From Escherichia coli (lineage in GTDB: Bacteria > Pseudomonadota > Gammaproteobacteria > Enterobacterales > Enterobacteriaceae): 64,000 nt of DNA. This document shows, one piece after another, positions 23,892 to 35,500 of this stretch. The DNA is taken from assembly GCF_003018235.1 (NCBI RefSeq), contig NZ_CP027437.1; one strand, written 5' to 3'. Numbering within the stretch: the stretch's first letter is position 1; every line of letters starts with the position of its first letter. Under the pieces are notes generated by a model, which ran no database searches, was not told the origin of the DNA, and was given only the letters and a program-made list of their open reading frames with translations. The translations under genes and the position numbers were made by a program.

Positions 23892-24813
23892 TGTGCAGCC
23901 GCCACGCTAATTGTTCGAAATAACGTTGTTGATCTTGCCGCGCTTTCAGTGCCTCTTCCAGTGAACACTGGACAAAATGAATCGGCTGACCGAGCGGAAT
24001 TTGCGCCAGATGGTACATATCAGCCTCAATGATACAGGCAATACGCGGATAACCACCGGTGGTCTGTGCGTCGTTCATCAATACAATCGGCTGGCCGTTA
24101 TGCGGCACTTGCACCACACCCGGCAACAAACCGTGAGATAACAGTTCGCGATCGGTGGTGCGTTTTAAAATTTGCCCCTGTAAGCGATAGCCCATTCGGT
24201 TACTTTGCGAGCTAAGCTGCCAGGGCGAACGCCAGAATGCATCCTGCGAGGCGCGATCGAACTCATGATATTCCGGCCCCGGCAAGGCGCGAATGCGGTT
24301 GCCCCACAGCAGCTGTTTAACGCCCTGCGCTTCCATAAAATCACGCTTCGCTTTGCCAATCGGGAGTCGGTCACCATCCTTCAGTAAACGGCCTTCCAGC
24401 CCGCCAATCCCCACTTTGAGATCGGTGCTGCATGACCCCATTACCGGCGGAACATCAATACCACCCGCGACCGCCAGATAACTGCGCATCCCGTGCTGCG
24501 GGCGTTTAAGCGTTAAACGCTGGCCTGCTTTCATCGGCAATCGCCAGCCAGTCCAGACGGCGTTATCATCCAGCCGCGCTTCGCAACCGGCCCCCGTCAG
24601 AGCAAACCACCCATCAGTTTCGAACTCAACCGTTAACTGGCCGAGCGTGATCTCCAGCGCGGGGGCATTGGCGTCATTACCCACCAGTAGGTTAGCAATG
24701 CGTAACGCGGGCATATCCAGTGCGCCGCAGTGGCTGATACCCGACTGGCGAAAACCGTGACGACCGCCATCCTGCACAGTGGTATACATGCCCGCACGAA
24801 TAATCTTCAGCAT
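23881..24813 (-). CDS. pxpC: 5-oxoprolinase subunit C (allophanate hydrolase subunit 2-like)
   Basis: 310-aa ORF recognised as YbgK. Confidence 0.9.
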
Positions 24814-25463
24814 ACTCCCTCCTTCTGCGGTACAAAGCGCACGCTGTCTCCCGGTCGTAATAAGATGGGTTCGTCACGCGCCGGATCAAACAGGCTGAGT
24901 GAGGTATGACCAATCAACTGCCAGCCACCCGGCGTTGCCAGCGGATAAATACCAGTCTGCGGCCCGCCGATCCCGACAGAACCTGCCGGAACGAGCAAGC
25001 GCGGTTCAGCGCGCCGTGGCGTGTGTAGTTGTTCCGGCAAACTCCCGAGATACGGGAAGCCCGGTTGAAAACCTAAAAACCAGACCACGTATTCCACGGA
25101 GGAGTGCAATTCAACAACCTGTTTTTCGCTCAACCCACAATGCGCCGCGACCACCGCCAAATCCGGTCCGCCTGCGCCACCGTAAACCACCGGAATTTCA
25201 ATAAAACGAGACTCCGGCTCCAGCGCCTCACTCTCCTCCCACCAGCGTTGCAAACGCTCTATGGCATCCAGCGCCAGCGACTCAGGATTACGTAAAATCA
25301 CCGTGATATTGTTCATGCCGGGAATGGCTTCAACCACATTCGGCATATCCACCAGACGCTGCGCCAGTCGCCAGATCCGTTTCTGGCTAGCCAGCGTCAC
25401 CGGCGGTTCCAGCTCCAGCACTACCGCCGTTTCACCTATCAGATAACAACGCGCTCGTTGCAC
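24807..25463 (-). CDS. pxpB: 5-oxoprolinase subunit B (allophanate hydrolase subunit 1-like)
   Basis: 218-aa ORF recognised as YbgJ. Confidence 0.9.
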   Translation of the reverse strand: MQRARCYLIGETAVVLELEPPVTLASQKRIWRLAQRLVDMPNVVEAIPGMNNITVILRNPESLALDAIERLQRWWEESEALEPESRFIEIPVVYGGAGGPDLAVVAAHCGLSEKQVVELHSSVEYVVWFLGFQPGFPYLGSLPEQLHTPRRAEPRLLVPAGSVGIGGPQTGIYPLATPGGWQLIGHTSLSLFDPARDEPILLRPGDSVRFVPQKEGVC

Positions 25464-25485
25464 TTTCGATCCCTCTGATTATTCG

Positions 25486-26229
25486 TTATGCAGGATTAGG
25501 AATATCAATAAAGGTCACATCAAGATCGGTATTTTCATTCAGCCACTCGCTCAACGCGCGAATACCACCGCGTTCAGTGGCATGGTGACCCGCAGCATAA
25601 AAATGCAATCCCTGCTCGCGGGCTGAATGAATGGTCTGTTCAGAAACTTCGCCAGTAATAAAAGCATCCACGCCAAAACGCGCGGCGCTATCGATAAAAC
25701 TTTGCCCGCCCCCCGTGCACCAGGCGACGCGCTGGACCACCTCAGGTCCGGTATCGCCACACCATAACGGCTTACGTCCCAGACGCGCTTCAATCCAGGA
25801 AGCCAGCTCCAGTCCCGGCACAGGCATGGTCAGTTCGCCCCACGGCACCAACGGCTCAATTTCGCCCATGACCGTGATCCCCAGTAACGCCGCCAGCTGT
25901 GCGTTATTGCCCAGCTCAGGATGTGCGTCAAGCGGCAAATGCCAGCCATACAGGTTGATATCATTCGCCAGCAACGTTTTTAAACGGTTACGCTTCATGC
26001 CGCGAATGACCGGAGATTCGCCTTTCCAGAAGTAGCCATGATGCACAATGACCGCATCCGCGCCCAGACGCACTGCCTCATCGAGCAAAGCCTGGCTGGC
26101 AGTGACACCGGTAACAATTTTTTGCACCGTCTCTTTGCCTTCCACCTGCAAACCATTCGGCGCGTAATCACTAATCGCCGCGCTGTTCAGTTTTTCGTTA
26201 ATCAGTTGTTCCAGTTCGGTGTTTTTCAT
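25486..26229 (-). CDS. ybgI: GTP cyclohydrolase 1 type 2 / NIF3-family metal-binding protein
   Basis: 247-aa ORF recognised as YbgI. Confidence 0.93.
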   Translation of the reverse strand: MKNTELEQLINEKLNSAAISDYAPNGLQVEGKETVQKIVTGVTASQALLDEAVRLGADAVIVHHGYFWKGESPVIRGMKRNRLKTLLANDINLYGWHLPLDAHPELGNNAQLAALLGITVMGEIEPLVPWGELTMPVPGLELASWIEARLGRKPLWCGDTGPEVVQRVAWCTGGGQSFIDSAARFGVDAFITGEVSEQTIHSAREQGLHFYAAGHHATERGGIRALSEWLNENTDLDVTFIDIPNPA

Positions 26230-26316
26230 CTTCGCGCCTTCCGTATTCTGATAGCTACACCGTTAACATAGCGTTACCTCGCCTGTTCGTCGATAGCCAA
26301 TCTTTTGACATATTAA

Positions 26317-27981
<1,665 letters not shown>

Positions 27982-28022
27982 CAGGCCAGCACCATGCCTG
28001 ATAAAACGCTCGCTGCGTTTTA

Positions 28023-29441
28023 TCAGGCTCCTTTCCTCGCTTCTTCGTACGCTGCCAGCGTTCGCAGCCTTGCCTCTTTGTGATCAACTATCGGTTGCGG
28101 ATAATCCAGCGTCACACCTGCTTTCTGCGCCCACTTCCACGGCTCATGCACCACTTTCCCTGGCACATCGCGCAGTTCCGGTAGCCACTGGCGGATAAAC
28201 TCGCCTTCGCGGTCAAATTTCTCGCCCTGGGTTGTCGGGTTAAAAATACGAAAATACGGCGCTGCATCGGTTCCGGTTGAAGCGGCCCACTGCCAGCCAC
28301 CGTTATTAGCTGCCAAATCACCATCAATCAGCTGCGACATGAAATATCGCTCACCTTCGCGCCAGTCGATCAATAAATCTTTCACCAAAAAACTGGCTGT
28401 AATCATCCGTAGCCGGTTATGCATCCAGCCAGTGGTGTTAAGCTGACGCATGGCAGCATCAACAATCGGGTATCCCGTTTTGCCTTCCTGCCAGGCCTTT
28501 AAATGCGCGGAATTGCTCTGCCACTGCACGCGGTCGGTCCAGACAATAAACGGACGATGTTTACACAGCGAGGGGTAATACGTTATCAGATGACGGTAAA
28601 ACTCGCGCCAGATCAGCTCATTAAGCCAGATACTACCGGCCCCACCGTCCAGCGCCTGCGGCTGTTCCGCCAACAAGCGATGCAGACACTGGCGAGGCGA
28701 TAACCCGCCCGTTGCCAGGCTGGCGGACAAACGACTGGTGCCTTCCACTGCCGGAAAATCTCGTTGTTGCTCATATTCTCCGGCACCGTTCTGGCAAAAC
28801 TGGCGTAATTGCGCAATCGCAGCTTTTTCTTCCACCGGGAAATGCGCAGTATCGAAAGGCTGACGAGGATAATTCAGCGTAATGGATGGCGCGGGATCTA
28901 TCGATCCACTACTACGTACTTTTGGCGCAGCGACGCACTCCGGCATCCCTTCCCGCAGCCGTTTCAGCCAGGCGTTTTTAAATGGCGTAAAGACTTTGTA
29001 CATCTCATGATTGCCAGTCATCACCGCCCCCGGCGGCAGGATCACGCTGTCGTCAAATCCTTCACACACCACGTTACGCAGCGTTCTCTCAACCTGCGCA
29101 TCCCGCGCCCGCTCATTCACCTCATACTGATAGTTATAAAACAGATGGGTAACACGATTTTCCGCGCACACCTGTTTAACTATTTCGACGCTGGCAGCAA
29201 AGTCATCCACTTCATGAAACAGCAAAGGAATGCCTTTTTCCGCCAGCGCGATTTGTAGCCCATTCAGTTGAGCATTGATAAGTTCAGCCTGACGCGGCGA
29301 CACATTATGCGCCGCCCACTGGCGTGGTGTAGCGATATACAACGCCAGCACGCGTGCAGACGAATAGCGGCAAGCGGCAGCCAGCGCGAGATTATCGTGC
29401 TGACGTAAATCCTGGCGAAACCAGACCAGATGGGTAGTCAT
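28023..29441 (-). CDS. phr: Deoxyribodipyrimidine photolyase
   Basis: 472-aa ORF (MTTHLVWFRQDLRQHDNLALAAA…). Confidence 0.95.
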   Translation of the reverse strand: MTTHLVWFRQDLRQHDNLALAAACRYSSARVLALYIATPRQWAAHNVSPRQAELINAQLNGLQIALAEKGIPLLFHEVDDFAASVEIVKQVCAENRVTHLFYNYQYEVNERARDAQVERTLRNVVCEGFDDSVILPPGAVMTGNHEMYKVFTPFKNAWLKRLREGMPECVAAPKVRSSGSIDPAPSITLNYPRQPFDTAHFPVEEKAAIAQLRQFCQNGAGEYEQQRDFPAVEGTSRLSASLATGGLSPRQCLHRLLAEQPQALDGGAGSIWLNELIWREFYRHLITYYPSLCKHRPFIVWTDRVQWQSNSAHLKAWQEGKTGYPIVDAAMRQLNTTGWMHNRLRMITASFLVKDLLIDWREGERYFMSQLIDGDLAANNGGWQWAASTGTDAAPYFRIFNPTTQGEKFDREGEFIRQWLPELRDVPGKVVHEPWKWAQKAGVTLDYPQPIVDHKEARLRTLAAYEEARKGA

Positions 29442-29947
29442 AAAACTCCTGAATGGCGCAAGTTAATCACATGCGGCCAAAGTTCGAAATAACGCTGCCC
29501 TGAAAGCCAGGCGTTAGGATAAAGCGCCATATAGTGTTTGATACGCATCAGCGGCGCAAGAAGCGGTTGCTCGCCACGGCGATAACTGTCGATAAGCGCC
29601 GCCAGCTGCTGGCGTTCTGTGGAATAAATATGCGGGCGAAAATACCCCTGAACGTGCATCAAAACGTTGGTGTGATCGCGCGGGTTGGCGGGATGAGAAA
29701 GCAAAACAATTACGCGTTGACGGTACTGGCTGTAAAAATCATCCAGATTTTGCCACTGATGAATATCAGCCACAAACGGGCCAAGTTTGCGGTATTCCGG
29801 CTGAGAATGAGCCAGAAAGACGAGTTTATAGCGGCTGTGATAATCGAGAAGCGCCCCGCGCGTTAAGCCATGTTCTTTCAGTCGATATAGCTCATAAATC
29901 GCGAAGATGCGGATTAGGGTGCTTTCATCAAATCGTTGCTGATTCAT
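29438..29947 (-). CDS. ybgA: DUF1722-family protein
   Basis: 169-aa ORF; 4-nt overlap with the phr start. Confidence 0.9.
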   Translation of the reverse strand: MNQQRFDESTLIRIFAIYELYRLKEHGLTRGALLDYHSRYKLVFLAHSQPEYRKLGPFVADIHQWQNLDDFYSQYRQRVIVLLSHPANPRDHTNVLMHVQGYFRPHIYSTERQQLAALIDSYRRGEQPLLAPLMRIKHYMALYPNAWLSGQRYFELWPHVINLRHSGVL

Positions 29948-30856
29948 TACTGCTCCTGAGATATTAACAGGAGTAAGTGTAGACGTTGGGAAATGATGTT
30001 TGTGAAGTTAATCCTGTTGTAGCAGGGCAAAATTACGAAAGCACGCTCCCCGCAAGGACTGACGCCAGATAGTTTCTGTCCATGGCTGCCCTTTCCATTC
30101 AAACGTGAAATCAATAAGTTCATCAGGGACATCGCAAACAATATGAAGTCAGATTTCTTCTCTGCCGTGACTCTTTTCACTCATTGCGTAACTGTCATGC
30201 TCTGGATTATTTAATTCTTTCAGTGGAATTTTTTCCTCAAAGGCTTTATTTAGCCGCCCCTGATTTCCTTTTACAGCGAATAAATAATCACCTCCCTGTT
30301 TTTGTATCTTCTCTGCAATATCTTTCTGGCAACCCATCGCATCAGTTGTGATAATTTTTCCTTTAATATCCAACATGTTAAGAAGTTCAGGGGTAACTCT
30401 AATCTCATTGGATTTCTCATCCGTCTTGATCTGTCCGATGACCAGACTGTGCATTGTTCAGAACGCACTAATGACATGAATCGCTCCCCTGCGGCGACTC
30501 TTGTCATAAGAGTGCCGGAGCGTTTTTCCATCAATTGCAATGACGCCTTTATCATCTGAAGAATGGCAGTCACGCATCCAGTTAATAAAGCACTCGTGAA
30601 ATTTTGCAGGACTGATACAGGATACAACTCTGGCAATGGTATCGTGAACAGGAATACCATTTTCAAAATCACCATATTGTTTTAAAAAATCGAGATGTGT
30701 TTCCCCAAAATCCTCTATATCTTCCCAGCCTTCTGCACCAGAAATAACGGCACAAATAGTCAACAGTAGAATATCCGACAATTTATGTTCCACTTTCCAG
30801 GCTTGTCTGTAATCGGGAATAATAGAAATATGTTCCATCAGTTTTTTAAGTTCCAT
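29947..30856 (-). mobile_element. ISAs1-family (H-repeat-associated) transposase gene, disrupted (in-frame TGA at 30458-30460 and a downstream frameshift)
   Basis: Three consecutive minus-strand ORFs (30458-30856, 30149-30454, 29947-30180) which I recognise as pieces of an H-rpt/ISAs1-type transposase ([32 protein letters not shown]… / …[28 protein letters not shown]…). Confidence 0.75.
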
Positions 30857-31020
30857 TTTGTGCTCCTTAATTATGTAAGGAGTATTTGATCATGTATAAG
30901 CAATAAAAAACAGCTTCAGGTAATGAGGAATATCTCAATTTTTAAACATAAAATGCGAATTATTTAGCACAAAAAAGCAGCGTTACGTGATCTTTCCCTG
31001 GTGATAAACGAGAAATAAAT

Positions 31021-31053
31021 AAAAGGGGCGAGGCTGATTTCGCCCCCTTTTAT
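31021..31053. terminator. Probable intrinsic terminator downstream of the orphan immunity gene
   Basis: Hairpin aggggcga…tcgcccc flanked by A/T runs on both strands. Confidence 0.5.
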
Positions 31054-31056
31054 TAT

Positions 31057-31422
31057 TTAACAATATTTAACTTCATATTTCCCTATAATATCGAACACAT
31101 GGTCATAAGTACTGATAATTATGTGCTGAACTCCATCTCTTTGGATATCCTCTACTAAATCGAAACTTGATTTAGTATATTGTTCAAAAGGATAATCATC
31201 AACTTTGTATATAGATAACTTTTCAATTTTGCTAATAAAAAACTCGAGACTAATATCATAAGCATCTTTAATAGCAGGTTTGCAGGCAGACAACGATAAG
31301 GAAGCTTTGATGGTAAAGTTAAATGGATACAGATTTAACTCTGTCCCAGTTAAAATCAACGCATCTCGACCATATATTTGACCATATTTTGTTTCTAGTG
31401 CTTTTACAATCATATTAGCCAC
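31057..31422 (-). CDS. Putative immunity protein paired with the orphan Rhs C-terminal toxin
   Basis: 121-aa AT-rich ORF whose start (GTG 31422 or ATG 31413) abuts or overlaps the stop of the upstream orphan toxin frame, the usual toxin/immunity arrangement. No recognisable family. Confidence 0.55.
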   Translation of the reverse strand: MANMIVKALETKYGQIYGRDALILTGTELNLYPFNFTIKASLSLSACKPAIKDAYDISLEFFISKIEKLSIYKVDDYPFEQYTKSSFDLVEDIQRDGVQHIIISTYDHVFDIIGKYEVKYC

Positions 31423-31882
31423 AACCTCTTGTCCTCACTGTTCTGCCGCCATTTTGAGTTGAAAATCTTCGATCTAAATTAATTTTTGACAATTCCTCTG
31501 GAGTAGCCCATCTCGAAGGAATCTTCGATACACCGGCTGCTTTGGCAGCATAAAGTCGTCTGTTATCTAAAGTAAAGACTGAATCTTTATGAGCACCTTG
31601 TGATAACAATCTCTCTTGAACATTTACAGGTAAATCCCGCATTCTAACTTTTCTAATAGGTTCAACGTGATTTATATATGACGGGTCATTTATAAGTCTG
31701 TGAATAAGTCCATTAACATTTCTTCCGTCTTCAAAAACACCATTCATACTATCTTGTGAGAATAGAATTGTTTTAGGACTTACTGGTGATAATCCAAGAG
31801 GATCTATCCATGATAACGGGTTTGGAACATAACTATAGAGGTTTAATCCCCCCTCCAGCCCTATCGGGTCAGGATGCGCAAT
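31415..31882 (-). pseudogene. Orphan Rhs C-terminal toxin module (start-less fragment retaining only the DPxGL end of the Rhs core)
   Basis: Minus-strand frame reads …DPIGLEGGLNLYSYVPNPLSWIDPLGL followed by a ~125-aa unique domain (…MNGVFEDGRNVNGLIHRLIND…TLDNRRLYAAKAAGVSKIP…). The frame opens after a stop at 31883-31885 with no in-frame start until M at 31747. Confidence 0.7.
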
Positions 31883-32006
31883 CTACCTATCTGAACGATC
31901 GTACCATCAACTTCGTATATAAATTATCAAGACTGTAACGTCATAGCGCCATGACTTACTGTTATGATTTCATAAACAGGGAAGATATAATTCCTTACCC
32001 GATATA

Positions 32007-32435
32007 TTATTGGTGCTTCGATTTAAAAAACTCCCAATACTTTGGAGTATATCCTTTAAATGCTCTATGTTTCCCTTTTTCATAAGCTTTCAGGAAACAT
32101 TCGTAAGCCTCATCGTTTTCACCTAATTCTAGACAAACACCCCCTAAGTTAATCAGTTCAGATGTGGAATATAGTGGAATTTCACACTTAAAAATTTCAA
32201 CTGCCCAGTATTTTGCCTCATTATATTTTTTAAGGTCAAAATACACACCATAAATGCAACGAATCAACCATGCAGAAACTCCATCACCAAAAGAATATTT
32301 CGGCTCAGGTAAACTATCCCACAAAGAAAGATAAAGTTTTAAAGCACCATAGGCATCTCCTTGATCTTCAAGAACGTTACCATCTTCGATTTGCTTTACT
32401 ATGCTTTCTTCAAGCACTGGTCTGGTACTACTCAT
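32007..32435 (-). CDS. Putative cognate immunity protein for the main Rhs C-terminal toxin
   Basis: 142-aa AT-rich ORF 73 nt downstream of the Rhs stop on the same strand. No recognisable family. Confidence 0.55.
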   Translation of the reverse strand: MSSTRPVLEESIVKQIEDGNVLEDQGDAYGALKLYLSLWDSLPEPKYSFGDGVSAWLIRCIYGVYFDLKKYNEAKYWAVEIFKCEIPLYSTSELINLGGVCLELGENDEAYECFLKAYEKGKHRAFKGYTPKYWEFFKSKHQ

Positions 32436-32508
32436 TGCAAGCTACTCCATATGTATAAAATGAAAATTCACATAGTTCTAACTAGCTAATATATAACAAC
32501 CGATTTCT

Positions 32509-35500
32509 CTATTTTATGATTGGCGGTACAATTGGAGGTGTCACTGGTGGTAAGTATACTTGACCAAGTTTAGCCCCAGCAGAACGGTTAAGAGAATAAT
32601 GATCCAAATAATAATTTTTTGAATCCAGCATCCAATCCCTGACAGGTTTAGACTTCGGCCCCAAAAATCTACCAGTATTATTCCACCATGTAACGGCATC
32701 TGTCTTATGAGACATATCTGCTTCACTTAATGGATGCCAGACACCTTCAGAATCTTTAAACTCCATCCGGGAACCTGTCCCTCTAATTTTTCCATCATTT
32801 CTCATCCGAGCAATAACCTCACGGCCTGTTCGGCTATTCTTCCCTGGGGTTCTTCCTAAGAAATCACAACGTTTTGACAGCCCTAATGGGTCAATCCACC
32901 CCAGCGGATTAGGCGCATAAGCATACAGGTTCAGCCCGCCCGCCAGCCCTATCGGGTCCGTTACCATGAACCGCCCGACATCCGGATCATAGTACCTGTG
33001 CAGATTGTAATGCAGCCCCGTTTCCCTGTCGAGGTACTGTCCCTGGTAGCGCAGGTTCTGCTCCACCCCGCCGTGGTCCTTCTCCTGTATCGTGTTACCC
33101 CAGACCTGATACCCCGTCTCCCACACGATTTTCCCGTCGCTGTCCGTCATCTCTTCCGGCGCGCCGTTCACATCCGTGTGAAAATACAGTATCCGGTTCG
33201 GGCCCTCTTTACCCACCTTATCCACCCGCGCCAGCGGTTCATAACTCCCCGGGTCGCTGTAGATATACAGGCTGCTTATTCCCTCCGGCCTGCTCTCCTG
33301 CGCCAGCCGCATTCCGTCCCATAAAAATGTCGTCCGGTTGTACGGTTTACCGTCAGGGCTGATGTGCTGTTTTTCCGTCCGCCTCCCCAGCGCATCGTAC
33401 ACATACCGGTACGTTCCCCGCGCTGTCGTCACTTCCACCATCCGGTGTTCCGCATCATAACGGTAACTCTGCGTGCCGCTCCGGCCCTCCTTTTCCACCG
33501 CACGGCCAAATTCGTCGTAACGGTAGTGCACACCACGGTAAGACATCAGCCGGTTGAACGGCACCACGCTGTTTTCTGCCGTGGCCCTTTCCCCCGCGCG
33601 CCGCGCCAGCAGGTTTCCCGCCGCGTCGTACTCCCAGCTCGCCAGATACCCCTCATCCTCCGAGCGGCACGCCGTGATGCGCCCCGTGGGGTCGTAGAAG
33701 TAATCCGTTTCCCCCCGCCGGCTGTGCCGCGTCTTCAGCAGTTCATCCTCGCCGCTGTAGCTGTACTGCCGGTCCGTGAACGTCTCCGGTACCACCCCGC
33801 GCATCCCGCTGTATGTCTCCCTGCGCTTCAGCCGCCCGGCGGGGTCATAAAGCTGCCGCGTGCTCAGTCGCCCCTGACTTCTGAGCACTTCCCGGTGCAG
33901 GGCGTCACGTGTGAACTCGCTGATGACCTCCCGGTCCAGATTTATCTGCTGGAGATGGCCGCTGCCGTAGTACAGATGACGCTGCGTTCTGCCGTCCGGA
34001 AAGGAGGTGGCTGTCCGGTTGCTGAGTTCATCGTACTGATGGGTCAGGACGCCCTGCGCCGTCTCCTCAGTCAGCATCCGCCCCAGTCTGTCGTAACTGA
34101 AGCGGATAATCTCCGGTGCGTCCATTTCCCCGGCATCCGACCGTCGGCGGCGGATTTCCAGTAGCTGGTCTGCCGCATCATGGACGTATTCCGTACGGCT
34201 ATCGGCTGTCTCCTTTGCCGTGAGCCGGCCCGCCGCATCACGTGCCAGCCGGTGGCGGATTTCACCGCCCCGGTCCCCTGTGAACACCACTTCCGTGACC
34301 GCGTTCAGCACGTTGTAACGGTACGTCTGGCGGCAGCCGTCCGGATTTATCTGCTCCGCCAGACGGTCCAGCACATCATGGCGGAACCGGTAGTTTTCTC
34401 CGTTCTCGTTCGTGAGCGTGACCAGACGCCCGTAAGCATCGTACCCGAACGCCGTCCTGCGCCCCGTCGCGTCTGTCCGGCTGCGCACCCGGCCCTGCCC
34501 GTCCCGCTGCCAGCGCGTTATCCTCCCCATCGGGCTGGTGTACTTCACGAGCCTGCCCGCCGCGTCCGACTGGTAATTCACCGTGCGGCCGTCCGCCAGT
34601 ATCACCTCCGTCAGGTGGCCGCTGTCGTCATACCCGTAGCGCGTGCTGTGGCTCTGCGCGTCTGTCATCCGTATCAGCCGCGTGCGTTCGTCGTAGAACC
34701 AGGCCGTCTGCGAGCCGGAACAGTCCGTGTGCCGCATGAGCTGTCCGTCTTCGTTCCACTGAAGGTATTTATTCCCCCCGCGCGCATCCGTTATCTGCAC
34801 CACCTGACCGTGGCGGTCATACTGATACCGGGTGTTCTGCTGCAGCGGGTCGGTCACCGCAAGAAGATTGCCGCGTTCATCGTACTCACAGCACCAGCTG
34901 TTCCCCGCCGCGTCCACCTCCGTTTCCGGCTGGTGCCACACCGGGTGCCACTGTGTCTGTGCCACCCGCCCCAGCGGGTCGTGCGTCTCCGTGATATGCC
35001 CCTGCCGGTCATACACATAGCGCCATTTGCCGCCCTGCGCATCGGTCATTCCCAGTAACAGCCGTTCTTCGTCGCTCCAGCGGAACGTCGTCACCTGCCC
35101 GGCTTCGTCCTGGTACGCCGTCACCTGGTTCTGCGCGTCCCACTGATGATAACGCGTGCGCCCCAGCCCGTCCGTCACGCACAGCCTGCGTGCCGCGAGG
35201 CTCCACGCCAGCCGGTACTGTTCACCGCTGTCCGTGTGGTGCCCCGTCACCCGCCACGCTGCGTCATCCGGGCCTTCATACCAGCCCCACTGGTAATAAT
35301 ACCCTTCGCCGCCCGGCTGGCGGTGCAGGGTCATGCAGTGGTTTTCGTCGTAAGCAAACTCGCGCAGCAGGTGCCCCGTGCTGTCGTACACGCCGTTCAG
35401 GTCGCCGGCCTCGTCATAGCGGTAACGACGCAGCAGTAAAGGAGCCGTCTCAGGGAAATGCTGATAAATCTGTGTCACCCGCCGGGGATGCGCCGCCAGT

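Noticed and set aside
30271-30675. 134-aa minus-strand ORF
   Set aside because: An alternative frame overlapping the ISAs1 transposase fragments, with no independent support.
31415-31747. 110-aa ORF starting MNGVFEDG…
   Set aside because: This is an internal Met within the orphan Rhs-CT frame, which extends upstream into DPxGL-encoding sequence. It is better described as part of a start-less orphan toxin module than as a separate gene.
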